A DNA stretch of 64,000 bases from Pseudomonadota bacterium (GTDB taxonomy: Bacteria > Pseudomonadota > Gammaproteobacteria > Magnimaribacterales > D2472), in contig JAOOBR010000003.1 in NCBI GenBank assembly GCA_028404565.1, positions 2,260 through 66,259 of the forward strand, written 5' to 3'. A program made the position numbers and the translations under genes. The stretch's first letter is position 1; each line of letters begins with the position of its first letter. Under the pieces are notes generated by a model. The model had not been told where the DNA came from. It ran no database searches and was given only the letters and a program-made list of their open reading frames with translations. This document shows, piece by piece, positions 39,201 through 48,150 of the stretch.

Positions 39201-39294
39201 ACCTTTAGCTGATGAATACACATGGGGATTCGTCGGTGATGTGCATAGTGATTATGGTAGAAGTTACTCACTAGAGTTCTATCAAAAATTCTAA
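36274..39294 (+). CDS. TonB-dependent receptor (1006 aa)
   Basis: Signal peptide, TonB box EEVVVVGSQI, plug motif VEILRDGASAIYGADAVAGVINT, and terminal aromatic residue (YQKF). The SD GGGGGA lies upstream. Confidence 0.9.
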   Translation: MKLLKLFSILLLLPITFLFAQDESESDVEEVVVVGSQIKGAKITGALPVTVITADDIESLAIESGEELFADLAENGGNNFNQTDFSGGYNASRGDVGSLDLRNIGTGNTVTLLNGRRLVQSPGYATEWVGGSYVPVSSVNSNLIPVYGAERVEILRDGASAIYGADAVAGVINTVLKDDFDGLTMRVRQNWYDGFDAKDNKVSIQWGKTMSDGSNLSVYFDRYDRERIRGIEDPKWAAGDLRGFLPSPDSDDPRGAFNDTTWRNMSTSSVWAEFYEGSNIFKIYAPDDSNCTSNSSTNLYNIPGIDHMCLYDSSSIRTYQRLAYGTTYDKRGPLLRNNLVMFYNTTLDNGVEAYSELSYYKSDSSKQLYGGAPLGMGSSAKGGGNTQPILVPSTNYWLNQLQRPNGDLFVDKEGDELWFRRFRFSTPRSWDSTRETWRVVQGFRGEWNSWDWDSGIVVSKATSEMDNHGRQSMTLLNAALADSTPNAYNPFCAGIGCNEEAFTVSIFRNNTTELFSADIKMTNDSVFSMPAGDVGMLVGAEVRKETMDDARDPRINGTIVYSTPPQASNQATFPYISDIVNSSPSPNTYGERVVSSLFTELQIPLANNLDSQLAVRAENSDDYGSNVVGKFALGWEPTSWGKLRASTSTSFRAPNLITVNEGLVVRNNSQEDALLTAALGEEYDSAYSIQRVAQGNEDLEAEEATNTSVGFVLTPGDNLVVTVDKWEIATENTIGLFGERNHILLDTLIRSRGGANECVGNPNVIRGDFIEDNDPESDTYNANWDPNLCKAGNVIRVNDTYLNLDNRTLKGTDYAIEYSVDTDAGSFSAKFMRVQFDEFLQEASGPMAELVAASGAGGPLEGLISASGFGDLLGTFDKRAYPEVKDSVRLAWKHKRFDAYLSGTKVGSFEELGVTNNAKNSDGNYVCSGTTSYSGGTCGQYWTVESMLTLNLTLGYKFKNGLRVRGQIRNLEDQRAPLADEYTWGFVGDVHSDYGRSYSLEFYQKF

Positions 39295-39310
39295 TATCTC
39301 ATTAATTTTA

Positions 39311-39337
39311 AAAGGGAGCTTTATGCTCCCTTTTTTT
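39311..39337 (+). terminator. Rho-independent terminator after TonB-dependent receptor 3
   Basis: GGGAGC/GCTCCC stem (39314-39319 and 39325-39330) with a 5-nt loop, followed by a 7-T run. Confidence 0.85.
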
Positions 39338-39353
39338 ATCCTATAATTAATTC

Positions 39354-40781
39354 ATGGCTTTAAGAAAAAGAGGTTTTTGGGTAGGGGTATTTCTTTTTTT
39401 TGCAATAATCTTCTTGCCCTCTCCTGCTGGTTTAACGGAAAGTGCTTGGTTAGTGGCAGCCGTTGCGATATTGATGGTCACTTGGTGGGCAACAGAAGCA
39501 ATACCTATTCCTGTTACTTCTTTATTGCCTTTAGCCCTCTTTCCAATTCTTGGAGTTACCTCAATAGAAACAGCCGCACTTCCATATGCAAATAAAAACA
39601 TATACCTCTTTTTAGGTGGTTTTTTAATTGCTCTATCAATTGAAAGATCTGGCCTTCATAAACGTCTTGCCTTGATTATGATAAAAAGACTTGGCTCTGA
39701 TGGACCTAAGCTTATTGGTGGATTCATGCTTGTTTCTGCTTTAATTAGTATGTGGGTAATGAATACTTCAACAACTCTTATGCTTTTACCTATTGGCCTT
39801 GCAATATGTTCGGTTGTAGCAAAAACTGTCCCAAATATGTCTGAAAAAGATAAGAGTAATTTTGACAAAGCTCTTTTACTTTCTATTGCATATGCAGCTA
39901 CCATCGGAGGGATGTCAACATTAGTAGGCACGGCTCCAAATATTGTTTTTAGCTCTTTTATGCAAGAAGTATATGGTTTAGAAATTTCTATGATCGATTG
40001 GATGAAGTTAGGTGTTCCAGTTTCAATTTGTATGCTTACATTAGCTTGGTTAATTCTTACAAAGGTTGTTTATCCTGTAAATTTTGCTTCGTCGGATGAA
40101 ACAAAGAATACTCTTTCAAAAATGTTGACTGATATGGGTCCTATGTCTAAAGATGAGTTTAGGGTTGGAATTGTTTTCTTTATCGCAGCAAGCTTGTGGA
40201 TGTTTAGAAGCCTAATTGATAACTACGTAATTGGTCTTACTGATGCTGGCATAGCAATTCTGGTAGCAATTGCTTTATTTATTATTCCTTCTAGTGGAAG
40301 AAATGGAGAATTACTCTCTTGGGAGCAATCAAGCAAGCTTCCGTGGGGATTATTGCTCCTCTTTGGTGGTGGTTTATCGCTTGGTGTTCAGATTAACGAT
40401 ACTGGTCTTGGTCTTTGGATTGGTCAAAGCCTCGTAAGCCTGAAAACAGTCCCATTAATAGTTCTTGTTATGGCTGTTGCTGCACTGATAATATTTTTGA
40501 CAGAAGTTACTAGTAATGTTGCAACGACATCAACCTTCTTACCAGTTTTTGGAGCAGTTGCAGTTGCTGTTGGTGTGGCGCCAGAAGTTTTAACTGTTCC
40601 TGTTGTGCTTGCAGCAAGTTGTGCATTCATGTTGCCAGTAGCAACGCCTCCAAATGCAATTGTTTATGGAGCAAACAAATTTAAAATCATCGATATGATG
40701 CGTGCAGGATTTTTTATTAACATTGCTGGTATTTTTGTAGTAACAGTTTTTGCATATTACTTTGCGAAAGTTATTTTCTGA
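39354..40781 (+). CDS. SLC13/DASS-family anion:sodium symporter (di/tricarboxylate or sulfate type)
   Basis: 475 aa and polytopic. Hairpin-type motifs MNTSTT and VTSNVAT are typical of the DASS family. Confidence 0.8.
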   Translation: MALRKRGFWVGVFLFFAIIFLPSPAGLTESAWLVAAVAILMVTWWATEAIPIPVTSLLPLALFPILGVTSIETAALPYANKNIYLFLGGFLIALSIERSGLHKRLALIMIKRLGSDGPKLIGGFMLVSALISMWVMNTSTTLMLLPIGLAICSVVAKTVPNMSEKDKSNFDKALLLSIAYAATIGGMSTLVGTAPNIVFSSFMQEVYGLEISMIDWMKLGVPVSICMLTLAWLILTKVVYPVNFASSDETKNTLSKMLTDMGPMSKDEFRVGIVFFIAASLWMFRSLIDNYVIGLTDAGIAILVAIALFIIPSSGRNGELLSWEQSSKLPWGLLLLFGGGLSLGVQINDTGLGLWIGQSLVSLKTVPLIVLVMAVAALIIFLTEVTSNVATTSTFLPVFGAVAVAVGVAPEVLTVPVVLAASCAFMLPVATPPNAIVYGANKFKIIDMMRAGFFINIAGIFVVTVFAYYFAKVIF

Positions 40782-42508
40782 TGAAGCTTCCAAAAGTATT
40801 ACTTTTTCTTTTTCTTTTTCAGATTCATGATGCTCAACTAGATGCATACCTAGACTATCAATCACCCTTCCATCCAACAATTTCAGAGAACGGGATGGTG
40901 GTCTCTCAAAATCTTGAATCTTCAGAAATTGGAACAATGATCTTAGAGTCGGGGGGTAATGCAGTGGATGCTGCAGTAGCTGTTGGATTCTCATTAACCA
41001 CAACTCTTCCAAGAGCAGGAAATATTGGTGGTGGCGGATTTATGCTAGTTTATATAAAAGAAACCGAAGAATTATTTTCAATTGATTACAGAAGTAGATC
41101 TTCTTTAAATTCAAATTTAAAAGATTTGTTTGGCTCTAAATCACCAGCTCAAATTCAGGATGATGACTATGATCTAACTAAATATGATTACAAAGCATCA
41201 GCCGTTCCTGGAACTGTATATGGTCTCTTAGAAGCTCACGAAAGATTTGGAGACTTGCCTCTTGAAAAAGTTTTACAGCCGGCTATAGATCAAGCAAGAA
41301 ATGGAATTATTGTTTCCTATGACTTGCATAATGCAATTGGAAGTTCCTATCAGCTAAAGAAAGACCCTGAATCACGAAAGATTTATTTTCAAAACAATAA
41401 GCCAATAGCTATTGGCTCTTTAATGAAAAGACCAGATTTAGCAAAAACTTTTGAAGCAATATCCAAAGAAGGTAAAGATGGATTTTATGATGGGTGGGTT
41501 GCTGAAAAAATTCAATCCTCTATGAAGGATAATGGAGGTTTTATAGATGAAAATGATCTAGAGCAATATAGCTCAAAGTTTAGAGATCCAATCGGAGTTA
41601 ATTACCGTGGATATAGTGTATATACTCAAGGGCCTCCATCAGGAGGAGGAATAACATTTCTAACTGCTCTAAATGTACTAAGCTATTTTAATCTTGGTAA
41701 ATATAGAAAAGACTCATCTCTCACTTATCACCTTCTAGCTGAGGCATTAAGAAGAGGACATAATAATAGGTCTCATCATGTAGGAGATCCAGACTATTAT
41801 GACGTGCCTACTGAAGAGTTAATATCAAAAGGCAGAGCTAAATTATTAGCTAAGAATATTAGTTTTGATAAAGCATCTAAGGCATCTTCAATCCAAAAGT
41901 ATAATCATATTGAGGAAAGTAAAGATACTACTCACTATTCTGTTATAGATCGGAATGGAAATGCTGTTTCAAATACATATACATTAGGATATTCATTTGG
42001 TTCAGGAGTTACTATTCCAGGAACAGGAATCTTGATGAATAATCAAATGAGAAATTTTGCATATAAGTATGGTGATAAAACATCTACAAGCAGAGCTTCA
42101 AGCCCAGGGAATAGGTTTGAACCAGGTAAAAGACCAATGAGTACAATGCATCCTGTTATGGTGTTCAATAAAAAAGGTGAGTTGTCTTTGATTACTGGAT
42201 CACCCGGTGGATCTCAAATACCTGCTGCAAATCTTAGAGTGGTAACGGGAGTAATAGATTTTGATTTGCATGTAGGTGATGCAACCATGCTCCCCAGAAT
42301 ACACAAAGATTGGCCTTATGCTGATCTTGATTTTGAATCGACGGTTAGTCAGGATAACTTAAATCTTTTAGACAGAATTGGTCATCAACTTGAGTTATCA
42401 GATACTATCGGCAGTACACAATCAATTCAGATCATTGATGGAACAAATTATGGTTTTGCTGATCTAAGAAGACCTAATGCTGGAGTTTCAATAGAAAAGT
42501 CTAACTAA
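40781..42508 (+). CDS. ggt: Gamma-glutamyltransferase (periplasmic, autoprocessing)
   Basis: Signal peptide, GGNAVDAAVA, autocatalytic Thr region KDTTHYSV, and GSPGGSQI. The start shares 1 nt with the stop of the DASS gene (TGATG). Confidence 0.9.
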   Translation: MKLPKVLLFLFLFQIHDAQLDAYLDYQSPFHPTISENGMVVSQNLESSEIGTMILESGGNAVDAAVAVGFSLTTTLPRAGNIGGGGFMLVYIKETEELFSIDYRSRSSLNSNLKDLFGSKSPAQIQDDDYDLTKYDYKASAVPGTVYGLLEAHERFGDLPLEKVLQPAIDQARNGIIVSYDLHNAIGSSYQLKKDPESRKIYFQNNKPIAIGSLMKRPDLAKTFEAISKEGKDGFYDGWVAEKIQSSMKDNGGFIDENDLEQYSSKFRDPIGVNYRGYSVYTQGPPSGGGITFLTALNVLSYFNLGKYRKDSSLTYHLLAEALRRGHNNRSHHVGDPDYYDVPTEELISKGRAKLLAKNISFDKASKASSIQKYNHIEESKDTTHYSVIDRNGNAVSNTYTLGYSFGSGVTIPGTGILMNNQMRNFAYKYGDKTSTSRASSPGNRFEPGKRPMSTMHPVMVFNKKGELSLITGSPGGSQIPAANLRVVTGVIDFDLHVGDATMLPRIHKDWPYADLDFESTVSQDNLNLLDRIGHQLELSDTIGSTQSIQIIDGTNYGFADLRRPNAGVSIEKSN

Positions 42509-43880
42509 TAAAGTCTATTGCTTTCTGTATCCTTTCTAATGACTTTTCTTTACCAAATAGCTCTAACGTTAACCCCAGAGATGGCGAGACAGTAGAGCCA
42601 ACAAGAGCTATTCTCATTGGTTGATTTACTTTAGGGATAGGAAGATTAAAGTAATCTCGAACTTTTATTAATGCCATATCTAGTTCTGTTTCATTCCATT
42701 CAGTCAATTTTGAGAGTACTTCTAATGCGAAGGTAAGTGTTTCAAGGGATTCATTAAGAAACTTCTTAACGCCCTTCTCGTCATAACCATCTAATTCATA
42801 AAAGAATGGTCTTGTTGCATGAGCTATATCTTTTAAATTTGTTTTTGAAGTTCTCATTGCAAGAAGAATCTTCTTATAGTTTGGATAATCTTCATAGACG
42901 TCTTCGTTTTCCATGAACGGTTTTATTACTTCAAAAAAACCATTTTCATCTAGTTTCGCTAATTGCTGGGAACTAACCCAATTAAATCTTTTTAGATCAA
43001 ATACCGCTGCAGCTTTTTGAACATTTTCTAGCTTGAATGATTCGATCAATTCATCAATTGAAAAAATTTCATTTTCAGTTGACCAACCAAGCAATGCTAA
43101 GGCATTTATAATTGTTTCTTTTGTAAATCCCATTTCTTTATAAGCATTTAAGCTAGTTGCGGCATGCCTTTTTGAAAGCCTTTTTTTATCTTCACCTAAC
43201 ACTAAAGGTAAGTGAGCATACTCAAGATCTGGATAGCCAAGCGCTTTCTGGATATGGATTTGTCTCGGTGTATTGCTAATATGGTCCTCCCCTCGGATTA
43301 CTGTAGTTACACCCTGATCGAAATCATCGACAACATTACAGAAATGGTATGTGGGACTACCATCACTTCTCAATAGAATTAGATCATCTAATTCACTATT
43401 GTTGAAAGTTATCTCGCCACGTATTAAATCATTTACTACCGTTTCTCCTTCAAGTGGTGTTGCTAATCTAAGAACAGTTTTGTCTGATCTTTCAAGACCA
43501 AGGTTTCTACTTCTTCCATCATACATTGGCTTTTTACCTGCGGCGGCTTGCTGTTCACGCATTTCTTCTAAATCTTCTGGGGAACAATCACACCAATAGG
43601 CATTTCCAGAGTCAATGAGCTTATCAGCAGCTTTTTGATACATATCTGATCTTTCTGATTGTCTTATCGGTGTTTTATCGGGAGATATACCAAGCCATTC
43701 TAATCCAGATATTATGTCTTCTTCATATTCCTTCTTTGATCTTTCTCTGTCAGTATCCTCGACTCTTATTAAGAATAAACCACCAGATTGCTTTGAAAAA
43801 ACATAATTAAATAAAGCAGTTCTAACTCCTCCTATATGCAGATTGCCTGTGGGACTTGGAGCAAATCTAGTTACCTTCAT
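42501..43880 (-). CDS. gltX: Glutamate--tRNA ligase
   Basis: RFAPSPTGNLHIGG (HIGH motif), RLSKR (KMSKS-like), and length 459 aa. Confidence 0.92.
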   Translation of the reverse strand: MKVTRFAPSPTGNLHIGGVRTALFNYVFSKQSGGLFLIRVEDTDRERSKKEYEEDIISGLEWLGISPDKTPIRQSERSDMYQKAADKLIDSGNAYWCDCSPEDLEEMREQQAAAGKKPMYDGRSRNLGLERSDKTVLRLATPLEGETVVNDLIRGEITFNNSELDDLILLRSDGSPTYHFCNVVDDFDQGVTTVIRGEDHISNTPRQIHIQKALGYPDLEYAHLPLVLGEDKKRLSKRHAATSLNAYKEMGFTKETIINALALLGWSTENEIFSIDELIESFKLENVQKAAAVFDLKRFNWVSSQQLAKLDENGFFEVIKPFMENEDVYEDYPNYKKILLAMRTSKTNLKDIAHATRPFFYELDGYDEKGVKKFLNESLETLTFALEVLSKLTEWNETELDMALIKVRDYFNLPIPKVNQPMRIALVGSTVSPSLGLTLELFGKEKSLERIQKAIDFIS

Positions 43881-44594
43881 TTAAGAATTCCATAGTGTTT
43901 TCTTACCTGTCTTTTTCTCAATCTCTTCAAGTCTTTTAGAGTGCAAGAGTTGATCCTCTTCAGAAGTAATAATCTTAGTAATTTCGAAATCATTTGAAAA
44001 ATCTCTTGTTTGTTTTTTATTTTCCTCCTGAAGATCAGCATCAAAGTTATTCGCAAAATTAATTTTACTTTGGCCGCCTGTAAGGTTTGAATAAACATCA
44101 GCTAATATGTTGGCATCGAGTAAAGCTCCATGATAGCTTCTATCGTAGCCATTGATGTCAAAACGTTTTGAAAGTGCATCGAGGGAATTCCTTTGTCCCG
44201 GAAACTTGTTTCTTGCAATTGCAAGTGTATCTTTAACTTCACAAATCTCAGAAATTGATGGATAGGTTGACGATGCTATTTTAAATTCAGCATCTAAAAA
44301 ACCAACATCAAAATCTGCGTTATGAATTACCAATGTTGAGCCATCAATAAATTCTAAAAGATCCTCTGCAATTTCAGAAAAAATAGGCATATCTTTGAGA
44401 TCTTCATTAGAAATACCATGAACTTCTTGTGCTTCTTTATCAATTTCTCTTTGTGGATTTACATATACATGAAATGTTTCCGCGGTTTTTTTTCTACCGT
44501 TCATTACAACTCCGCCTATTTCAATAATTCTATGTCCTTTTTCGACATCTAACCCGGTAGTTTCTGTATCAAGAACTATGTGTCTTTTTTCCAT
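43881..44594 (-). CDS. dnaQ: DNA polymerase III epsilon subunit (3'-5' exonuclease)
   Basis: Exo I VLDTETTG, Exo II HNADFDVGFL, Exo III HGALLDANILADVY. Confidence 0.88.
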   Translation of the reverse strand: MEKRHIVLDTETTGLDVEKGHRIIEIGGVVMNGRKKTAETFHVYVNPQREIDKEAQEVHGISNEDLKDMPIFSEIAEDLLEFIDGSTLVIHNADFDVGFLDAEFKIASSTYPSISEICEVKDTLAIARNKFPGQRNSLDALSKRFDINGYDRSYHGALLDANILADVYSNLTGGQSKINFANNFDADLQEENKKQTRDFSNDFEITKIITSEEDQLLHSKRLEEIEKKTGKKTLWNS

Positions 44595-44595
44595 T

Positions 44596-45027
44596 CTAAA
44601 GTTCGTCTATACCTCTATTTGCGAGCATATCTGCGGTTTCATTGCCTGGATCACCAGAATGACCCTTCACCCAGTTCCATTTTATATTATGTTCATCTCT
44701 AAGTTCATCTAATTCTTTCCAAAGATCAATATTTTTTACTGGTTTCTTATTTGCACCTCTCCAACCTCTTTTTTTCCAGTTATGTATCCACTCTTCTATG
44801 CCCTGAAGAACATATTTTGAGTCTGTATAAAGAATGATTTCACAAGGTTCTTTAATTTCTTTTAAAGCCATAATGGCTGCTGTCAGCTCCATCTTATTAT
44901 TGGTAGTAGAAATATCTCCTCCATAAAGCTGTTTGCTTGATTCACCATACTCAATGAGCACTCCCCAACCTCCTGGTCCAGGATTGCCTCTGCAAGCCCC
45001 ATCAGTGTAAATAATTACAGTTTTCAT
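44596..45027 (-). CDS. rnhA: Ribonuclease HI
   Basis: [20 protein letters not shown] and TDSKY motifs; 143 aa. Confidence 0.92.
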   Translation of the reverse strand: MKTVIIYTDGACRGNPGPGGWGVLIEYGESSKQLYGGDISTTNNKMELTAAIMALKEIKEPCEIILYTDSKYVLQGIEEWIHNWKKRGWRGANKKPVKNIDLWKELDELRDEHNIKWNWVKGHSGDPGNETADMLANRGIDEL

Positions 45028-45044
45028 CTCGTTAGTTGTAAAAT

Positions 45045-45812
45045 TTGCATGTGATTAATATTAAACCATTAAAGGCCTACACTGATAATTATATTTGGTT
45101 GCTTGAAACTAATGAAGAGGTTTCTGTTGTTGACCCAGGTGATGCGAAACCTGTTCTAGATTATTTAAGTAAAACCAATAAAAATTTAAGGGATATTTTT
45201 ATAACCCATCACCATTTTGATCATACTGCTGGAGTACCTGAATTAGTAAATACAATTTCTGGATCTATTTATGGACCTAAAAATAGTTACGAACTAATAA
45301 ATGAAAAAGTCACTCAAGGAGATACTCTTTCTAGTTTGGGAATACAATTTGAAATCATTGAGGTTCCAGGCCACACTCTTGACCACATAGCTTTTTATAA
45401 TGAGGAAAATAATATTCTCTTTTGCGGAGATACCTTGTTTGCTGGTGGATGTGGAAGAGTTTTTGAAGGTACATTTGATCAAATGTTTGAATCTCTTAAT
45501 AAATTTAAGCAATTACCAGACAGCACACAAATCTATTGCGGTCATGAGTATACAAAGAGCAACCTGCTGTTTTCAGTTGAAGTCGAACCAAAAAATAATG
45601 ACCTAATAATGAGAAATACTGAAATTGATAACCTTCTTACAGAACATGGTTGCTCACTTCCCTCTTCCATTGGGCTAGAAAAAAAAACAAATCCTTTTTT
45701 AAGATGTGATGTGTTAAGTGATAATATGCATCTCATAAAAAAAATTGGATTAGATAATCCTTCGGAAAAAGAAATCTTCAAATATATTCGAGAATGGAAA
45801 GACTCAAAATAA
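45045..45812 (+). CDS. gloB: Hydroxyacylglutathione hydrolase (glyoxalase II)
   Basis: [12 protein letters not shown] (THxHxDH), CGHEYT, and a C-terminal NPFLR motif. The start codon is non-ATG: TTG at 45045 or GTG at 45051. Confidence 0.88.
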   Translation: MHVINIKPLKAYTDNYIWLLETNEEVSVVDPGDAKPVLDYLSKTNKNLRDIFITHHHFDHTAGVPELVNTISGSIYGPKNSYELINEKVTQGDTLSSLGIQFEIIEVPGHTLDHIAFYNEENNILFCGDTLFAGGCGRVFEGTFDQMFESLNKFKQLPDSTQIYCGHEYTKSNLLFSVEVEPKNNDLIMRNTEIDNLLTEHGCSLPSSIGLEKKTNPFLRCDVLSDNMHLIKKIGLDNPSEKEIFKYIREWKDSK

Positions 45813-47302
45813 GATATTTAGCTCTCATTCTACTTTTATCTGGCTGTCAAATTTTAGAAGTTACAAATGATGAATCCATTGAGTTGATTCCTGATCTCTC
45901 TGAACCAAAGAATGAAGAAACTATTGAGGCTAATCAATTAGTTGAGGTTGCTAATATTGAGCCATCCGTTCCAGAAATAATCAGTATTTGGGAAGTCTTA
46001 AAAAATGAAGCTGTAATCAAAGATTATGAAATCGATGATTTAACTCTTTATTACATGAATCAACATCTTAAAAATGTAGACCTTTTCGAAAACTATCTTG
46101 AAAATTCTTATTATTTCTTATACTACGTTATTGAGGAGCTCAAAAGGAATAACTTGCCTATTGAGCTTGCGTTTTTACCATTTATTGAAAGCAGTTATGA
46201 TCCATTCTCTATATCTTCATCTGGAGCAGTTGGTTTATGGCAAATAATGCCGAGAACAGCAGAATTACTTGGATTAAAAGAAAATTGGTGGGTTGAGGAG
46301 AGGCATGATCCCTATAAATCAACAGATGCTGCTATTAGATACATTGACTATCTATATAAAAGATTCAATCAAGATATTTATCTTGTTTTGGTTGCATATA
46401 ATGCTGGTCCAACTTTTACTTCAAAGGCTATTCAAAGAACTTCAAGAAGGGCTTCGTCTCTTTCTTATAAGGACTTGCCGCTTTCGGCTCAAACCAGAAA
46501 CTATATTCCAAAATTTTTAGCTTTAATTGAACTCATTAATAATAATGAAAAATATAATATTGATCTTCCAGATATTCCCTATTCAAAGGTAGTTGATAAA
46601 ATTTCTTTTGAAGAGCAGATAGAGATCTTAAACTTTAGTGATTTTCTTAACCTAAAACCTGAGCTTCTTTATAAGCTTAATGCAGGTTACACAAAATGGG
46701 CCACTGACCCAAATATGGTTAGTACCTTTTATATTCCAGTTGAAAACAAAATTAACTATGAAACTAATGGGCAAGAGTATGTCCAATCTCAAAAAATAAA
46801 CTGGATTTCACACGATGTTTCAAGAGGTGAGAGTTTGTGGGTATTGGCAAAAAAATATAGAACAAAGATTGATATTATTAGGCAAGTAAATCAACTCGAG
46901 TCAGATATATTGTCAATAAATCAAGTGTTGCTAATTCCTGTTGGGCAAGCATCTTCTAATATTCTTATCCCCTTTGAAGCCCATGTTGTAAGCGAAGGAG
47001 ATACTCTCTGGAGTTTAGCGAGAAAGTTTGGTGTTTCTGAAAAAAAGATAATGGATATAAACAATCTTGATAATGGTTCAGTATTGAAAATTGGGCAAGT
47101 CCTTAACATAGGCAATAAAAATATCTATAGAAATATAGAGTCAAAGAAAAGAACAATACTCTATTCTGTTAAGCAAGGTGACAACTTATCAAAGATTTCT
47201 AAACTTTTTAATGTATCTATTAAAACAATCAAGCAAGATAATGAGAATCTGGATATTATAAGGCCAGGCCAAATTTTAAAAATTACAATAAAAGCTTTCT
47301 AG
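45794..47302 (+). CDS. mltD: Membrane-bound lytic murein transglycosylase D-like lipoprotein with three LysM domains
   Basis: Lipobox LLLSGC, SLT domain ESSYDPFSISSSGAVGLWQIMP, and three C-terminal LysM repeats (HDVSRGESLW, HVVSEGDTLW, YSVKQGDNLS). Confidence 0.85.
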   Translation: MERLKIRYLALILLLSGCQILEVTNDESIELIPDLSEPKNEETIEANQLVEVANIEPSVPEIISIWEVLKNEAVIKDYEIDDLTLYYMNQHLKNVDLFENYLENSYYFLYYVIEELKRNNLPIELAFLPFIESSYDPFSISSSGAVGLWQIMPRTAELLGLKENWWVEERHDPYKSTDAAIRYIDYLYKRFNQDIYLVLVAYNAGPTFTSKAIQRTSRRASSLSYKDLPLSAQTRNYIPKFLALIELINNNEKYNIDLPDIPYSKVVDKISFEEQIEILNFSDFLNLKPELLYKLNAGYTKWATDPNMVSTFYIPVENKINYETNGQEYVQSQKINWISHDVSRGESLWVLAKKYRTKIDIIRQVNQLESDILSINQVLLIPVGQASSNILIPFEAHVVSEGDTLWSLARKFGVSEKKIMDINNLDNGSVLKIGQVLNIGNKNIYRNIESKKRTILYSVKQGDNLSKISKLFNVSIKTIKQDNENLDIIRPGQILKITIKAF

Positions 47303-48150
47303 TTATCTGAAGTCTTTGGATCAAGAGCATCTCTCAGGCCATCGCCAAAGAAATTTAAAGCAAAGAGAGTTATGGTAAAAGTTAAGCCAGGATATATCAG
47401 TAGCCAGTAATGCTCTTCCATTGATTCAACGCCATATCTTATTAAGGTGCCCCAACTACTCATTGGTGGCTGGATACCCAAACCGAGGAAACTTAAAAAA
47501 GCTTCTAACAACATTACTTGCGGTATTGTAAGTGTTGCATATACGGCTATTGGTCCAAGAATATTTGGAAGTATATGCCTTCTAAACATTGAAAAATTGC
47601 TGACTCCCATTACTTGAGCAGCCTGAACAAACTCTTGGTTTTTTAAACCAATTACTTGGGCTCTTACAATCCTTGCCATTGTCAGCCACTCAACAGCTCC
47701 GATGGCTGCAAATAGGAGCCATATATTTCTTCCAAAGATAACCATTAAAAGGATAATAAAAATAATAAATGGAAGTCCATATAGAACATCAACTATTCTC
47801 ATCATTATTGAGTCAACTCTTCCACCAAAATAGCCGGCAACTATCCCCCAGCTGACTCCAATCACTAAAGCTACTCCCGTTGCAACAAAACCAACCAATA
47901 AAGAGATTCTAGCTCCGTATAAAAGCCTACTTAATAAATCTCTTCCAAGTACATCAGTACCCAGCAAGTGCTCTGCAGAAGGCGGAGAAGCTCCAATATC
48001 TAAATTTTGATACGAATAAGAATATGGAGCAATCCAAGGAGCAAAAATGGCAAGTATTATAAGCACAAGTATTGTGATGCCGCCGATCATAGCAGCCCTA
48101 TTTTGAATAAGTCTTCTTATTGCATCTTGCCAAAGAGAAGAATTATTCAT
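47299..48150 (-). CDS. Peptide ABC transporter permease (OppC/DppC-like)
   Basis: Six-TM binding-protein-dependent permease with an EAA-type loop (FVQAAQVMGVSNFSMFRRHILPN). Confidence 0.85.
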   Translation of the reverse strand: MNNSSLWQDAIRRLIQNRAAMIGGITILVLIILAIFAPWIAPYSYSYQNLDIGASPPSAEHLLGTDVLGRDLLSRLLYGARISLLVGFVATGVALVIGVSWGIVAGYFGGRVDSIMMRIVDVLYGLPFIIFIILLMVIFGRNIWLLFAAIGAVEWLTMARIVRAQVIGLKNQEFVQAAQVMGVSNFSMFRRHILPNILGPIAVYATLTIPQVMLLEAFLSFLGLGIQPPMSSWGTLIRYGVESMEEHYWLLIYPGLTFTITLFALNFFGDGLRDALDPKTSDN

